Assembly (NCBI GenBank): GCA_030830865.1 | Contig: JAURME010000073.1 | Coordinates: 5,427-69,426, forward strand | Direction: 5' to 3' | DNA: 64,000 nucleotides | From: Candidatus Nanopelagicales bacterium | Lineage (GTDB): Bacteria > Actinomycetota > Actinomycetes > S36-B12 | Shown: piece after piece, positions 9,630-20,013 of the stretch | Layout: every line of letters starts with the position of its first letter | How positions within the stretch are numbered: position 1 is the stretch's first letter | The notes under the pieces: generated by a model | Told to the model about the DNA's origin: nothing | The model's input: the letters and a program-made list of their open reading frames with translations, nothing else | Database searches by the model: none | Position numbers and translations under genes: made by a program

Positions 9630-11297
9630 CTAGCCCTTCGGCGGCCCGACCGGAATATCCACGGTGATCGGTCGCAGGGTCTCGGCGAAGAAGTCGTTGC
9701 CCTTGTCATCGACGACGACGAAAGCCGGGAAGTCCTCGACCTCGATCCGCCAGACGGCCTCCATCCCCAGTTCGGGGAAGTCGAGCACCTCGACCTTGCG
9801 GATGTTGTCCTGCGCCAGACGTGCGGCAGGTCCGCCGATGGATCCCAGATAGAAGCCGCCGTTCTCCTCGCAGGCCTTCGTCACGGCGTTGCTGCGGTTG
9901 CCCTTCGCCAGCATGACGAACGAGCCACCGGCCTTCTGAAAGCGATCGACGTAGGAGTCCATGCGTCCGGCCGTGGTCGGGCCGAAGGATCCGGAGGCAT
10001 AGCCCTCGGGGGTCTTGGCCGGACCGGCGTAGTAGACGGCATGGTCCTGCAGGTACTGCGGCATCGGCTCGCCACGGTCGAGCATCTCGCGGATCCGCGC
10101 ATGCGCCAGGTCACGGGCCACGACGAGCGGGCCGCTCAGTGAGACCCGAGTCCGAATGGGCAGCGTCGCGAGCTGCTCGCGGATCTCCGACATCGGTCGG
10201 TTCAGGTCGATACGGACGACCTCGTCGTCCAGGTGATCGTCGGACACCTCAGGCAGGTAGTGCGCCGGCTCAGTTTCGAGCTGCTCGAGGAAGACGCCGT
10301 CGCGGGTGATCCTCGCCTTCGCCTGGCGGTCCGCCGAGCATGACACCGCGATGGCGACGGGACAGGAGGCCCCATGGCGCGGCAGGCGGATGACGCGCAC
10401 GTCATGGCAGAAGTACTTGCCGCCGAACTGGGCACCGATGCCGAAGCCCTGCGTCATCGCCAGCACCTGCGCCTCCATCTCCAGGTCCCGGTAGCCGCGG
10501 CCCTCGTCGGATCCGTGCACCGGCACGGAGTCGTAGTAACGGGCGCTGGCGTACTTGGCGACCTTCAGGGCGTATTCCGCGCTCGTGCCGCCGACCACGA
10601 TTGCGAGGTGGTACGGCGGGCAGGCGGCCGTGCCGATGGCACGGAGCTTCTCGTCCAGGAAGCGGTTGAATGCCTCCGGATTGAGCAGTGCCGCAGTCTC
10701 CTGGAACAGGTAGCTCTTGTTCGCGCTGCCACCGCCCTTTGCCATGAAGAGGAACTCGTACTGGTTCTCATGCCCGGCGTGGGTGTCGGCGTAGAGCTCG
10801 ATCTGGGCGGGCAGGTTCGAGCCGGTGTTGCGCTCGGACCACATCGTCAGAGGTGACAACTGCGAGTACCGCAGGTTCAGCTGCTGGTAGGCGTCGAAGA
10901 CGCCGCGGGAGAGATCACGCTCGTCATCCCCACGGGTCAGCACCTGCTGGCCACGCTTGCCCGAGATGATCGCCGTGCCCGTGTCCTGGCACATCGGCAG
11001 CACTCCACCGGCCGCGACATTCGCGTTCTTCAGCAGGTCGAGAGCGACGAACCGATCATTGGCGCTCGCCTCGGGGTCGTCGAGGATCCGCTTCAGCTGG
11101 GCGAGGTGACCGGGGCGCAGCAGGTGCTGGATGTCATGGATTGCCTCGTACGCCAGCATGCGCAGGGCCTCCGGCTCGACCTGCAGGAAGGTGCGGTCGC
11201 CCAGGGTGACCTCGCTCACGCCCTCGGTGGTGATCAGGCGGTAGGGCGTTTCGTCAGCGCCCAGGGGGAGCATCTCGGTGTACTGGAAATCCGTCAC
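9630..11297 (-). CDS. Class I (Fe-S) fumarate hydratase
   Basis: 555-aa fused alpha/beta class I fumarase. Full-length ORF with no competing frame. Confidence 0.85.
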   Translation of the reverse strand: MTDFQYTEMLPLGADETPYRLITTEGVSEVTLGDRTFLQVEPEALRMLAYEAIHDIQHLLRPGHLAQLKRILDDPEASANDRFVALDLLKNANVAAGGVLPMCQDTGTAIISGKRGQQVLTRGDDERDLSRGVFDAYQQLNLRYSQLSPLTMWSERNTGSNLPAQIELYADTHAGHENQYEFLFMAKGGGSANKSYLFQETAALLNPEAFNRFLDEKLRAIGTAACPPYHLAIVVGGTSAEYALKVAKYASARYYDSVPVHGSDEGRGYRDLEMEAQVLAMTQGFGIGAQFGGKYFCHDVRVIRLPRHGASCPVAIAVSCSADRQAKARITRDGVFLEQLETEPAHYLPEVSDDHLDDEVVRIDLNRPMSEIREQLATLPIRTRVSLSGPLVVARDLAHARIREMLDRGEPMPQYLQDHAVYYAGPAKTPEGYASGSFGPTTAGRMDSYVDRFQKAGGSFVMLAKGNRSNAVTKACEENGGFYLGSIGGPAARLAQDNIRKVEVLDFPELGMEAVWRIEVEDFPAFVVVDDKGNDFFAETLRPITVDIPVGPPKG

Positions 11298-11355
11298 GCG
11301 ATCAGCGTAGGACTCTCGGGCGACGACGGACAGTCGTGCAGCCGGCTCGTGACCG

Positions 11356-11424
11356 GTCTCACTCCGGCGCGGTCAGCCACCACGCCGCGTGTCTACTCCG
11401 GCGCGGTCAGCCACCACGCCGCGT
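11356..11424. repeat. Head-to-tail tandem duplication (35 nt + 34 nt) covering the 3' end and stop codon of the amylosucrase gene
   Basis: gtctCactccggcgcggtcagccaccacgccgcgt (11356-11390) is directly followed by gtctactccggcgcggtcagccaccacgccgcgt (11391-11424). The copies are identical except for one extra C. Confidence 0.9.
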
Positions 11425-13303
11425 ATGCCGGCACCTTCACGGGCCTGCTGAGATCGATCGTGCGTCCGCTGATGTGCTCGACGAGCGGACCCGGATCGAG
11501 CGGCGCCACCGAGCCCGGCCAGATCACGCGGGTGCTCTCGGAGAGGTTGTAGACCTCGACCAGAGTGCCGGCCGGGTGCTGGCGTCGGAACACGAGCACG
11601 GCAGGGTCGTCGGTCACGAAGGCCTCAGTCGCGACGGATGCATGCAGGGCCGGCAGCGTCTTGCGCGCCGTGATGAGCCGGCGGATGGACGCGAAGACCC
11701 GTTCGGCGACCCCGGAGTCGTGGCGCGCTCGCGTCCAGTCCATCGCCGGGCGGTGCAGCCAGCGGTTGTCGTCCGCCTTGGCCGGATCGTCCTCGTAGGA
11801 GTGGTCGTTCAGCAGACCGAGTTCGTCGCCCATGTACAGCAGAGGCAGGCCGCCGAAGCCGAAGACCATGGCGTAGGCGCAGGTGAGGCGGTCCAGTGCC
11901 GTCTGGAGCGTCGCCGCGCTGCCGGCGACCAGGGCCGACTCCACGCCTGCAAGGCTCGCTGCCGAGCCGGACGTGCGGCGATCACCGGTCTCCGGGTTCG
12001 ACTGGAAGTGCATGCCGCGGGCGAAGCTGCCCTCGAACTCCCCGGCGTAGAAGTCGGCGAGGAAGGACCGGTGGCCGAAGCCGTCCCAGCCGACCGCGGT
12101 CGCATCGGAATCGTTGATCGCCCAGCCGATGTCATCGTGGCAGCGCAGGTACGTCGCCCACGCCGAGGTCACCGGAATGGGGCGGAAGCGCGAGAGCGCG
12201 GTGGCCAGCAGGCGGCCGTCGCGAGCGGCGAGGGACGACCAGATCTGGACCATGAGGGAGTTGTGGTACGCCAGGTCGCTCACCTTGCCGGCGTGCTCGC
12301 CCTGACCGAGGTAGGCCACGACGTCCTGTGGCCCCACGATCGCCTCGGCCTTGAACACCAAAGCGGGGGCCATGATGTGGGCGGCCGCGCGAAGGGCCTG
12401 GGTCAGGGCGTGCACCTCGGGCTGGTTCTGGCAGTTGGTGCCCGGGCGCTTCCACGTGAAGGCGATGGCGTCCAGGCGGATGCAGTCCGCACCGCGGTTG
12501 GCGAGGAACCCGATGATGTCCGCGAACTCCACGAGCACATCGGGGTTGGACCAGTTGAGGTCCCACTGCCACTCGTTGAACGTCGTCCAAACCCACCCCT
12601 GCACCTCGTCGTCCCAGGTGAAGTTGCCCGGGGCGAAGGCCGGGAAGACCTCCGGCAGGTTCTTCTCCAGGGCGTCAGGCACCGTCCGGTCGGGATAGAT
12701 GTAGAAGTAGTCGCGGTAGTGCGCGTCGCCTCCCTTGGCCTTGACCGCCCACGCATGCTCACGGGCGACGTGGTTGAGGACGAGGTCGAGGGTGAGGGAG
12801 ATCCCGGCTGCATGGAGGTCGGCGGCGAGCTGGCTGAGATCGCTCATCGTTCCCAGGTCGGGGCGGACGGAGCGGTAGTCCATGACGGCATATCCGCCGT
12901 CGTTCTCACCCGGTCGTGGCGTGAGCAGCGGCATGAGGTGCAGGTACGTGATGCCGAGGTCGCTCAGGTAGTCGATGTGAGAGCGGATGCCCTGGAGGTC
13001 CCCTGCGAACAGGTCGGTGTAGGCCACGTACCCGACGGAATCGGCGGACTGGAACCAGTCCGGGCGCAGGACCCGTTCACGGTCGCGCTGACGCAGGGCC
13101 GGGGAGCGGTCCTGGTGAACCGATGCCAGCACATCGACGACCTGGGGCAGCACCTCGGATGCGTCGTACACGGCCGCGAGGCCGTCCCATAGGTCCGGCG
13201 CCCATCGGTCGTAGCGCGTGAGGATCTCGGTCAGGTCCGGATCGTCGGCGAGGTGCGCGGCGAGGCGCTTGCGACCGTCGGACACGGTGAAGGCGGACAC
13301 CAC
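11393..13303 (-). CDS. Amylosucrase-like GH13 alpha-amylase family enzyme
   Basis: GITYLHLMPLL...DGGYAVMDYRSVRPDLG...LVLNHVAREHAWA...DCIRLDAIAF motifs. GTG 13303 is preceded by AAAGGGAG. Confidence 0.8.
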   Translation of the reverse strand: MVSAFTVSDGRKRLAAHLADDPDLTEILTRYDRWAPDLWDGLAAVYDASEVLPQVVDVLASVHQDRSPALRQRDRERVLRPDWFQSADSVGYVAYTDLFAGDLQGIRSHIDYLSDLGITYLHLMPLLTPRPGENDGGYAVMDYRSVRPDLGTMSDLSQLAADLHAAGISLTLDLVLNHVAREHAWAVKAKGGDAHYRDYFYIYPDRTVPDALEKNLPEVFPAFAPGNFTWDDEVQGWVWTTFNEWQWDLNWSNPDVLVEFADIIGFLANRGADCIRLDAIAFTWKRPGTNCQNQPEVHALTQALRAAAHIMAPALVFKAEAIVGPQDVVAYLGQGEHAGKVSDLAYHNSLMVQIWSSLAARDGRLLATALSRFRPIPVTSAWATYLRCHDDIGWAINDSDATAVGWDGFGHRSFLADFYAGEFEGSFARGMHFQSNPETGDRRTSGSAASLAGVESALVAGSAATLQTALDRLTCAYAMVFGFGGLPLLYMGDELGLLNDHSYEDDPAKADDNRWLHRPAMDWTRARHDSGVAERVFASIRRLITARKTLPALHASVATEAFVTDDPAVLVFRRQHPAGTLVEVYNLSESTRVIWPGSVAPLDPGPLVEHISGRTIDLSRPVKVPAYAAWWLTAPE

Positions 13304-13462
13304 GGACTCCCTTTGCCTCGCTCCCGCCCGTGCGGGATGCCCTGAACGCGTTGCGCGACCACCGAATGTAAACGGTGTCATGTTCCAGCATGGTGGTTTT
13401 CCGGCCATTCGGCAAGGGGCCGGCGGCAACGTTTGCCGGACTGTTATCCGAATCAGGTGCAG

Positions 13463-14467
13463 TCAGGTGAAATCGACGCTGCTGTAGGTCGACAACTTCG
13501 CGATGCGGTGCTCACTGCGGACCTCGCGGATCGTGCCGCTCTTGCTGCGCATGACGATCGAGTGGGTGGTGGGACCGGCGGGGGTGTACCGGACGCCCTC
13601 CATGAGTTCGCCGTCGGTGATGCCGGTGGCGCAGAAGAACACATTGTCACCGGTGACGAGTTCGTCGGTGGTGAGCACCCGATCGAGGTCGTGGCCGGCA
13701 TCGAGTGCCTTGCGCCGCTCCTCCTCGTCGCGGGGCATCAGACGCCCCTGGATGCTGCCACCGAGGCACTTCAGCGCGGATGCGGCGATGATGCCCTCCG
13801 GCGTGCCGCCGATGCCCGCGAGCAGGTCGACGCCCGTGCCGGCCCGGGCCGCCATGATGGCCCCGGCGACGTCCCCGTCGACGATGAACTTGATCCGGGC
13901 GCCGGCCTCGCGGACTTCCCTCGCCAGCTGGTCGTGTCGCGGGCGGTCGAGGATGCAGACGGTGAGGTCGGCGACCTTCTCGCCCTTCGCTTTGGCCAGC
14001 CATGCGAGGTTGACACCGATCGGGGCGGTGATGTCGATGATGTCAGCGCCCTCGGGGCCCACGACGAGCTTGTCCATGTAGAACACGGCGCTGGGGTCGT
14101 ACATCGCTCCCCGCTCGGCGACGGCGAGCACAGCGATGGCGTTGTTCATGCCCTTGGCCGTGAGGGTCGTGCCGTCGACGGGATCGACGGCGACATCGAC
14201 ATCCGGCCCCGTGCCGTCGCCCACGCGCTCCCCGTTGAAGAGCATCGGGGCGTCGTCCTTCTCGCCCTCGCCGATGACGACCGTGCCGTTCATCGAGACG
14301 CTCCCGATGAGCTGGCGCATGGCGTTGACCGCGGCTCCGTCGGCGCCGTTCTTGTCTCCTCGGCCCACCCAGCGAGCCGCTGCCATCGCCGCCGCCTCGG
14401 TGACGCGCACGAGTTCGAGCGCCAGGTTGCGATCGGGGACCTCGGGCACGTTCTCCTCCGCGGACAT
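13463..14467 (-). CDS. glpX: Class II fructose-1,6-bisphosphatase
   Basis: [33 protein letters not shown]... is a typical GlpX N-terminus. Start taken at MSAEEN. Confidence 0.9.
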   Translation of the reverse strand: MSAEENVPEVPDRNLALELVRVTEAAAMAAARWVGRGDKNGADGAAVNAMRQLIGSVSMNGTVVIGEGEKDDAPMLFNGERVGDGTGPDVDVAVDPVDGTTLTAKGMNNAIAVLAVAERGAMYDPSAVFYMDKLVVGPEGADIIDITAPIGVNLAWLAKAKGEKVADLTVCILDRPRHDQLAREVREAGARIKFIVDGDVAGAIMAARAGTGVDLLAGIGGTPEGIIAASALKCLGGSIQGRLMPRDEEERRKALDAGHDLDRVLTTDELVTGDNVFFCATGITDGELMEGVRYTPAGPTTHSIVMRSKSGTIREVRSEHRIAKLSTYSSVDFT

Positions 14468-14545
14468 GGCCTCACCATAGCGGCGCATCGGCCCCGTCGA
14501 CCTGCCCTATTCGTGCCGGTAACGCCGATGGGAGAGGATGGCGGT

Positions 14546-15163
14546 ATGTCCCCGGGTGAGCCGACCGACGCCGACGGCGGTGACCAGGTCATGTCTGCGC
14601 CCGAGGATCCCGGCACCGCGCCGCGGCCGACGGGTCGCGGAAACGCCCACCTGCGCAAGACCGCGTGGGACATGGTCCGGTCGATGGCGGTCGTGCTCGC
14701 CCTCGTGTTCGTCATCGTCCTGCTCGCCTGGCGACCCCTGCCCGATGCCGTGAAGGTGGTCGACACCGCACCGGCGATCGGCTTGGCGGTCGCCCAGGCC
14801 GACTTCCCGGTCGTTGTTCCGGTGAACCTGCCCGAGGAGTGGCGCCCGACCAGTGCGCGGTGGCAGGCGACGGAACAGTCCGGCGACGCGCGGGTGCTCC
14901 ACATCGGGTACGTGACGCCCACGGACTCGTACGCCCAGGTGAGCACGGCTCGAGTGGTAACGCCCGGGTATCTGGATGAGCAGACCGCGCAGGGCACACC
15001 CACCGCGACGCGCGAGGTCAGCGGTCAGGTCTGGCAGGAATGGCAGACCGCCGATCGCCGCAGCCTGGTGCTCACAGACGGGGAGGTGTCCGTGGTCGTG
15101 TCGGGCACGGGCGACTGGGCCGAGCTCGAGGCACTGGCCTCGTCGCTCCAGCCGGCCTACTAG
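14546..15163 (+). CDS. DUF4245-like membrane-anchored protein
   Basis: One TM (MAVVLALVFVIVLLAW) plus a conserved C-terminal domain. Divergent from glpX as in other actinobacteria. Only the last 205 codons of track ORF 13433-15163 are used. Confidence 0.65.
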   Translation: MSPGEPTDADGGDQVMSAPEDPGTAPRPTGRGNAHLRKTAWDMVRSMAVVLALVFVIVLLAWRPLPDAVKVVDTAPAIGLAVAQADFPVVVPVNLPEEWRPTSARWQATEQSGDARVLHIGYVTPTDSYAQVSTARVVTPGYLDEQTAQGTPTATREVSGQVWQEWQTADRRSLVLTDGEVSVVVSGTGDWAELEALASSLQPAY

Positions 15164-15400
15164 CTACTCCGCTTCGTCCTCCTCGCCATCATCGATGGTG
15201 TCGGCGATGCGGGTGCGTGCGGCGTCCAGCCACGTGCGGCAGTGAGCGGCCAGAGCCTCGCCGCGTTCCCACAGGTCGAGGGACTTCTCCAGGGTCAGGC
15301 CACCGGACTCCAGCGTGGCGACAATCCCCGCGAGCTCATCACGAGCCTGCTCGTAGGTCAGTTCCTCGACGGGTATCGAGTCCTTGGGTGCGGAGGCCAT
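15164..15400 (-). CDS. xseB: Exodeoxyribonuclease VII small subunit
   Basis: 78 aa with LTYEQARDELAGIVATLESGGLTLEKSLDLWERGEAL. Confidence 0.9.
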   Translation of the reverse strand: MASAPKDSIPVEELTYEQARDELAGIVATLESGGLTLEKSLDLWERGEALAAHCRTWLDAARTRIADTIDDGEEDEAE

Positions 15401-15410
15401 GACCGCGACC

Positions 15411-16550
15411 CTAGCCCTCGCGCCGTGCTGACATGCGCCCCTGGGCGAGGCGGATGTCGAGCAGGGAGTCCGTCGCCACCTGCTCAGCGTCGCGCACGAT
15501 GGCGCCCTGATCGTTCAGGACGATTGCGTATCCCCTCTCGAGGGTCGCGGCCGGGGAGAGCACCCGGACCCGGGCCTGCAGGTGCATGACGTCGGTGGCC
15601 GCGGCATCGAGTCGGGAGAGCACGATGCTCCGCGCCCGCGCGACTCCGTGGTCCATCGTCTGGACCTCGCTGTCGAGCCGGTGGGACAGCACGCGGAGTG
15701 CTCGGGCATAGAGCCCGTCGACCAGCGCCGACTGTTCGACGAGCGAGGGCACGACGCGCTTCGCGGCGTCGGTGGGCGTGGAGGCGCGCAGGTCCGCGAC
15801 GAGATCGAGGAGCGGGGCGTCCTGCTCGTGGCCGATCGCGCTGACGATGGGTGTCGTGCAGGCGGCCGCGGCGCGGACCATCGTCTCGTTGCTGAACGGC
15901 AGAAGGTCCTCGACGCTGCCGCCGCCGCGCGTCACGATGATGACGTCGACGTCCGAGACCGCATCGAGTTCGGTGAGCGCCGACGTGACCGCGGACACCG
16001 CCTGCGGTCCCTGGACTGCCACCTCGCGGATCTCGAATTCCACCGATGGCCACCGATCGCGGGCGTTGGCGAGGACGTCCTGCATGGCAGCGCTGTTGCG
16101 CCCGCAGATGAGCCCGACGCGGCGGGGGAGGAAAGGCAGGGGGCGCTTGCGATCGGCGGCGAACAGTCCCTCTGCTGCGAGCAGGTCGCGCAGTCGAGCC
16201 AGCTCGGCCAACAGGGCGCCGAGACCGACGGTGCGGACCTCCCTGGCGATCATGGACAGGGATCCGCGTGCGGCGTAGAAGTCCGGCTTCGCCCACACCA
16301 GCACCCTCTGTCCCTCCGTCAGTGGGGGATCCAGGCGCCCGAGCGCCGCGGCGTCGACCCGGACGCTCAGCGACATCTCCACGTCGGTGTCCCGAAGGGT
16401 GAAGTACTGGAAGCGCATGCCCTGCCGGTAGCGGAACTCCGCCACCTGACCGTCCATCCAGATGGCGCCGAGGCGGGCGATGTAGTCGGCCAGGGCCCGC
16501 GACACGGTGCGGACGGGCACCGGCTCCTCAGGGCTCGACTCCAGCGACAT
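15411..16550 (-). CDS. xseA: Exodeoxyribonuclease VII large subunit
   Basis: OB-fold N-terminus and catalytic region (IVTRGGGSVEDLLPFSNE, SAIGHEQD). Start at MSLESS (16550); the upstream 211 codons of the track ORF are rejected. Confidence 0.9.
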   Translation of the reverse strand: MSLESSPEEPVPVRTVSRALADYIARLGAIWMDGQVAEFRYRQGMRFQYFTLRDTDVEMSLSVRVDAAALGRLDPPLTEGQRVLVWAKPDFYAARGSLSMIAREVRTVGLGALLAELARLRDLLAAEGLFAADRKRPLPFLPRRVGLICGRNSAAMQDVLANARDRWPSVEFEIREVAVQGPQAVSAVTSALTELDAVSDVDVIIVTRGGGSVEDLLPFSNETMVRAAAACTTPIVSAIGHEQDAPLLDLVADLRASTPTDAAKRVVPSLVEQSALVDGLYARALRVLSHRLDSEVQTMDHGVARARSIVLSRLDAAATDVMHLQARVRVLSPAATLERGYAIVLNDQGAIVRDAEQVATDSLLDIRLAQGRMSARREG

Positions 16551-16554
16551 CGCC

Positions 16555-17415
16555 TCACCACCTCCGTGGATCGATGAGGGCGAGGTCGCCGGACCCCAGT
16601 TCGGTGGGTGCCGGCCGGGGCGTGGTGCTCGCCCAGGCTTCGCAGACCTCGCTGAGCTCCGGCGCGCTGGTGACGCCCACGGTGACGTGTCCGGCCCAGG
16701 GCAGGGCGCGGACGTGATTGAGGCAGGCCGCGGTGAGTGAACCGGCGCCGGCGGAGGCGACCCACTCCCGGAACCGCATCGTGTCGAGATGGTCGGCGCG
16801 CCCGCCGGACTCGGCCAGCAGGATGCCCTGCAGGAAGGCGCTGCGGACGGTGATGTCGCATCCGGCCTTCGCGAGTTCGCGCAGGAGGGCGGACTCGTCC
16901 AGACGACGGTCGAGGACGTTCGCCGGCACCTGGAGCGCACCGAGCGGCAGACGGGCACGGTCGAAGGCGGCGACCGCCGTAGCGACCCCCGCCTCGTCAT
17001 AGACCGACACCCCGGCATGGACGACGAGATCGTCGTGGACGGCTCGGCGCAGTGACCGGACCGCGCGCTCGCGGGCTTCGTCGTCGGCCTCGTCCCAGTA
17101 GTGCAGGAGAAGGGTGTCGACCGAGTCGACGTCCAGGTCGCGGAGGGTGTCGAACAGCTGCTCGCCGATGTCACGGGAGGCATGGACCTTGGTGGTGATC
17201 GTGAAGTCCGAGGCCCAGGGCCGCAGGCGGCGCTGCGCGTCGCCGTAGTTCGCTGCGGTGTCGATGTCGGTGATGCCCCACTCGCGGGCGACGGACACGA
17301 TGTCGGCGATCGTCTCGTCGGACAGCCGTCCCACCTGGTTGGTCGCCCCGTAGGCGAGACCCCACTGGGCGGTACCGAGGCTGAGCCGGGGGGTGTCCGG
17401 GGTGGGCCGCGTCAT
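16555..17415 (-). CDS. Aldo/keto reductase
   Basis: [11 protein letters not shown]...[11 protein letters not shown]-terminus. Start at MTRPT. Confidence 0.75.
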   Translation of the reverse strand: MTRPTPDTPRLSLGTAQWGLAYGATNQVGRLSDETIADIVSVAREWGITDIDTAANYGDAQRRLRPWASDFTITTKVHASRDIGEQLFDTLRDLDVDSVDTLLLHYWDEADDEARERAVRSLRRAVHDDLVVHAGVSVYDEAGVATAVAAFDRARLPLGALQVPANVLDRRLDESALLRELAKAGCDITVRSAFLQGILLAESGGRADHLDTMRFREWVASAGAGSLTAACLNHVRALPWAGHVTVGVTSAPELSEVCEAWASTTPRPAPTELGSGDLALIDPRRW

Positions 17416-17475
17416 GGCCCCATCCAACCAAGGACCGACCCGCACCGGGAGGCGGTCCGGCAGCGAGGACCTAGC

Positions 17476-18447
17476 ATGGGGGTCATGTCCTCAGCGAAGA
17501 AGGTGCTTCTCGCATCGCCCCGCGGCTACTGCGCGGGAGTCGATCGGGCCGTCGTCACGGTCGAGAAGGCGCTGGAGCTCTACGGAGCGCCCGTCTACGT
17601 GCGCAAGGAGATCGTCCACAACAAATACGTGGTGTCTTCGCTGGAGAAGCGCGGAGCGATCTTCGTCGAGGAGACCGAGGAGGTGCCAGAGGGCTCCATC
17701 GTGATCTTCTCCGCGCACGGTGTCGCGCCGTCGGTCCACGAGGAGGCGGCCGAGCGCAACCTGCGCACCATCGATGCGACGTGTCCGCTCGTGACCAAGG
17801 TGCACTCCGAGGCCAAGAGGTTCGCCTCCGAGGGCTACCGCATCGTCCTCGTCGGTCATGAGGGTCATGAGGAGGTCGTGGGAACCATGGGCGAGGCGCC
17901 CGACGCCATGACCCTCGTGGAGGATCCGGTCGCCGCCGCCGAGGTCGACCTCTCCGCCGACGACAAGCTCGTGTGGCTGTCCCAGACGACCTTGTCGGTT
18001 GACGAGACCCTCGAGACCGTCGGGGTGCTGCAGGAGCGCTTCCCCAACATGGTCAGCCCGCCGAGCGATGACATCTGCTACGCCACCCAGAACCGGCAGG
18101 CTGCCGTGAAGGCCATCGCCCCCCAGTGCGATGTCGTCATCGTCGTGGGGTCGGGCAACTCCTCCAACTCGGTGCGCCTGGTCGAGGTGGCCCTGGAGGC
18201 GGGTGCGGCGGCGGCCTACCGGGTGGACTTCGCTGAAGAGCTCCAGTCGGAGTGGTTCGAGGGCGCGCTGACGGTCGGCCTCACCAGTGGAGCGTCTGTT
18301 CCCGAGGTTCTCGTCGATGACGTCCTGGCCGCATTGCGGGAAGCCGACTTCCGCACGGTCGAGGAGGTCTTCACGGCCGACGAGACCCTGATGTTCGCCC
18401 TGCCGCCGGAACTGCGACGCGACATCAAGGCCGCCGCGCAGGGCTGA
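17476..18447 (+). CDS. ispH: 4-hydroxy-3-methylbut-2-enyl diphosphate reductase
   Basis: [43 protein letters not shown] conserved Cys lies in the [10 protein letters not shown] motif. Confidence 0.9.
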   Translation: MGVMSSAKKVLLASPRGYCAGVDRAVVTVEKALELYGAPVYVRKEIVHNKYVVSSLEKRGAIFVEETEEVPEGSIVIFSAHGVAPSVHEEAAERNLRTIDATCPLVTKVHSEAKRFASEGYRIVLVGHEGHEEVVGTMGEAPDAMTLVEDPVAAAEVDLSADDKLVWLSQTTLSVDETLETVGVLQERFPNMVSPPSDDICYATQNRQAAVKAIAPQCDVVIVVGSGNSSNSVRLVEVALEAGAAAAYRVDFAEELQSEWFEGALTVGLTSGASVPEVLVDDVLAALREADFRTVEEVFTADETLMFALPPELRRDIKAAAQG

Positions 18448-18465
18448 CGCACTCTCTGGTGAGAG

Positions 18466-19326
18466 CTATCGCCGTCGTCGTACCAGCACGATGATCAGGG
18501 CGATCAGTGTGCTGCCGATGATCCAGGCCCAGTTGTCGGCGAGGGAGAAGAACGCGACGACCAGGCGGTTGAGGAGGCCGGACTCGTTGCTGCCGAGGAA
18601 CAGCTGCCCCGCGGTGAGCGCCGCCAGGGCGAACGCGATCGGCGGGGTGAGGAAGGCGCTGTAGTCATCCTCCCGGCGCACGGTCAGGGCCGCGTAGACC
18701 GATACGACCAGCAGCGCCACACCTGTGGGCCAGCCAAGGGCGCCTCCGCCGAGGATGGCGTTGGCGAAGCCGATGATGACGGTGACCCCGATGACGATCA
18801 AGTAGACGCCACCCGCGCGCAGTCCTGCCGAGGAGCCCATGCGGGCACCGCGGCGGCGTCGACCGAAGCGGCGGGGCGAGTCGGCTGCAGCCACGTTCTC
18901 TCCCGGTGGGGCGTAGATGTCGGCCGGCGGGGGAGTCAGCAGCGACGCGACGGCGGCGTCCTCGGGGGTGATCTCGCTGCCGGGCGCGGATCGGTCGCTC
19001 ATCGGGCTCGCGGCGACGGCGGTCGTGGCGGAGGAGACCACGACGGGGGCGGCGTCGCCGGTGTCGCGGTCGAGCGTCCGCAGGCGGGTGAATCGGCCGG
19101 AGTCGAGGGCGAGGACGGTCTCCTCGTGTCCTTTCACCCCCTGACTGCGGAAGAGGCGGCCGGTGTCGGCTCCGGGCTCTCGGGGCGCTGGCGTCTCAGG
19201 CGCGGCAGGAGCCGATACCTGAGCAGGCGACTGTGGTGCGTCCCCGGGCCGGAACAGGGCGTCGTAGACCGGATCCACCCGGTCCGCGGCGGCATCCTGC
19301 CCGTTCGGGCCCTGCTCGGAGGTCAC
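18466..19326 (-). CDS. DUF6542-like membrane protein (Pro/Ala-rich N-terminus, 4 TM C-terminus)
   Basis: Position next to ispH and C-terminal TM block as in the actinobacterial DUF6542 family (from memory). GTG 19326 chosen; ATG 19365 is the alternative. Confidence 0.55.
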   Translation of the reverse strand: MTSEQGPNGQDAAADRVDPVYDALFRPGDAPQSPAQVSAPAAPETPAPREPGADTGRLFRSQGVKGHEETVLALDSGRFTRLRTLDRDTGDAAPVVVSSATTAVAASPMSDRSAPGSEITPEDAAVASLLTPPPADIYAPPGENVAAADSPRRFGRRRRGARMGSSAGLRAGGVYLIVIGVTVIIGFANAILGGGALGWPTGVALLVVSVYAALTVRREDDYSAFLTPPIAFALAALTAGQLFLGSNESGLLNRLVVAFFSLADNWAWIIGSTLIALIIVLVRRRR

Positions 19327-19377
19327 CTGAGTACCGTACTCAAGGCGCCCCCCTCGGGTCGTCATCCCCGACGAGGA

Positions 19378-19968
19378 ATGAGTGTCGCGCTGATGCACAG
19401 ATCCCTGGCTGTCGCATCGTCCGCGGCTGCGATCGCCGCATCGGCACTGACCGGTGCAGCGCCCACGGCATCCGGGCACGCGATCATCGAGCTCGACGGC
19501 GTCAGTGCCGTGGCCGGCCAGACCAGCGCGATGACCCTGGAGATTCAGCACGGGTGCCTGCCGGCAGAGGCCACGACGCAGGTGCAGGCGTTCGTGGGCA
19601 GGCCATGGCGGGCCGTGCGTCCGGCATCAGTCCCCGGATGGGAGACCTCGGTGGAACGCCTTGCGCGCGGGGGTTGGCAGATCACCTGGACCAACCTCGG
19701 CGAGCCGATCCCGTTCGGCACGGCAACCTTCTTCCCGATCGAGGTCGACTGGCCGACCAAGGCCGGCACCTTCGGCATGCGCGTCACGCAGCAGTGCACC
19801 GATGGGACGTCGTACGACTGGAACGAGAAGTTCCGGCCGGCCACGGCGAACAGCCCGTCACCGCCGCTGACCCCGCGCCCCGAGGTGCAGGTGGTGGCGA
19901 TAGCGGATCAGCGTGCGCCCCGAACGTCGTCGATCGCTCCCGCGCACCTCGACACCCACGTCCGCTGA
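19378..19968 (+). CDS. ycnI: YcnI-family (DUF1775) copper-binding protein
   Basis: The signal peptide ends ...APTASG, then HAIIELDGVSAVAGQTSAMTLEIQHGC (N-terminal His of the mature protein). Pro-rich anchor region follows. Confidence 0.7.
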   Translation: MSVALMHRSLAVASSAAAIAASALTGAAPTASGHAIIELDGVSAVAGQTSAMTLEIQHGCLPAEATTQVQAFVGRPWRAVRPASVPGWETSVERLARGGWQITWTNLGEPIPFGTATFFPIEVDWPTKAGTFGMRVTQQCTDGTSYDWNEKFRPATANSPSPPLTPRPEVQVVAIADQRAPRTSSIAPAHLDTHVR

Positions 19969-20013
19969 GCCATGGCCAAGGCGGCCGAACGGTTCTGAGA
20001 GGATCGGCGCACT

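Noticed and set aside
13304-13462. LacI-type operator or terminator in the glpX-amylosucrase spacer (aatgTAAACggtgtcatg; CCGGCggcaacgtttGCCGG)
   Set aside because: The TGTAAAC segment has no symmetric partner. The GC stem is short and imperfect, with no following T-tract. The evidence is too weak to annotate.
15411-17183. 590-aa version of xseA given by the ORF track
   Set aside because: The first 211 codons (Ser/Pro/Thr/Arg-rich) overlap the aldo/keto reductase gene in another frame and have no XseA similarity. The OB-fold N-terminus begins at MSLESS (16550).
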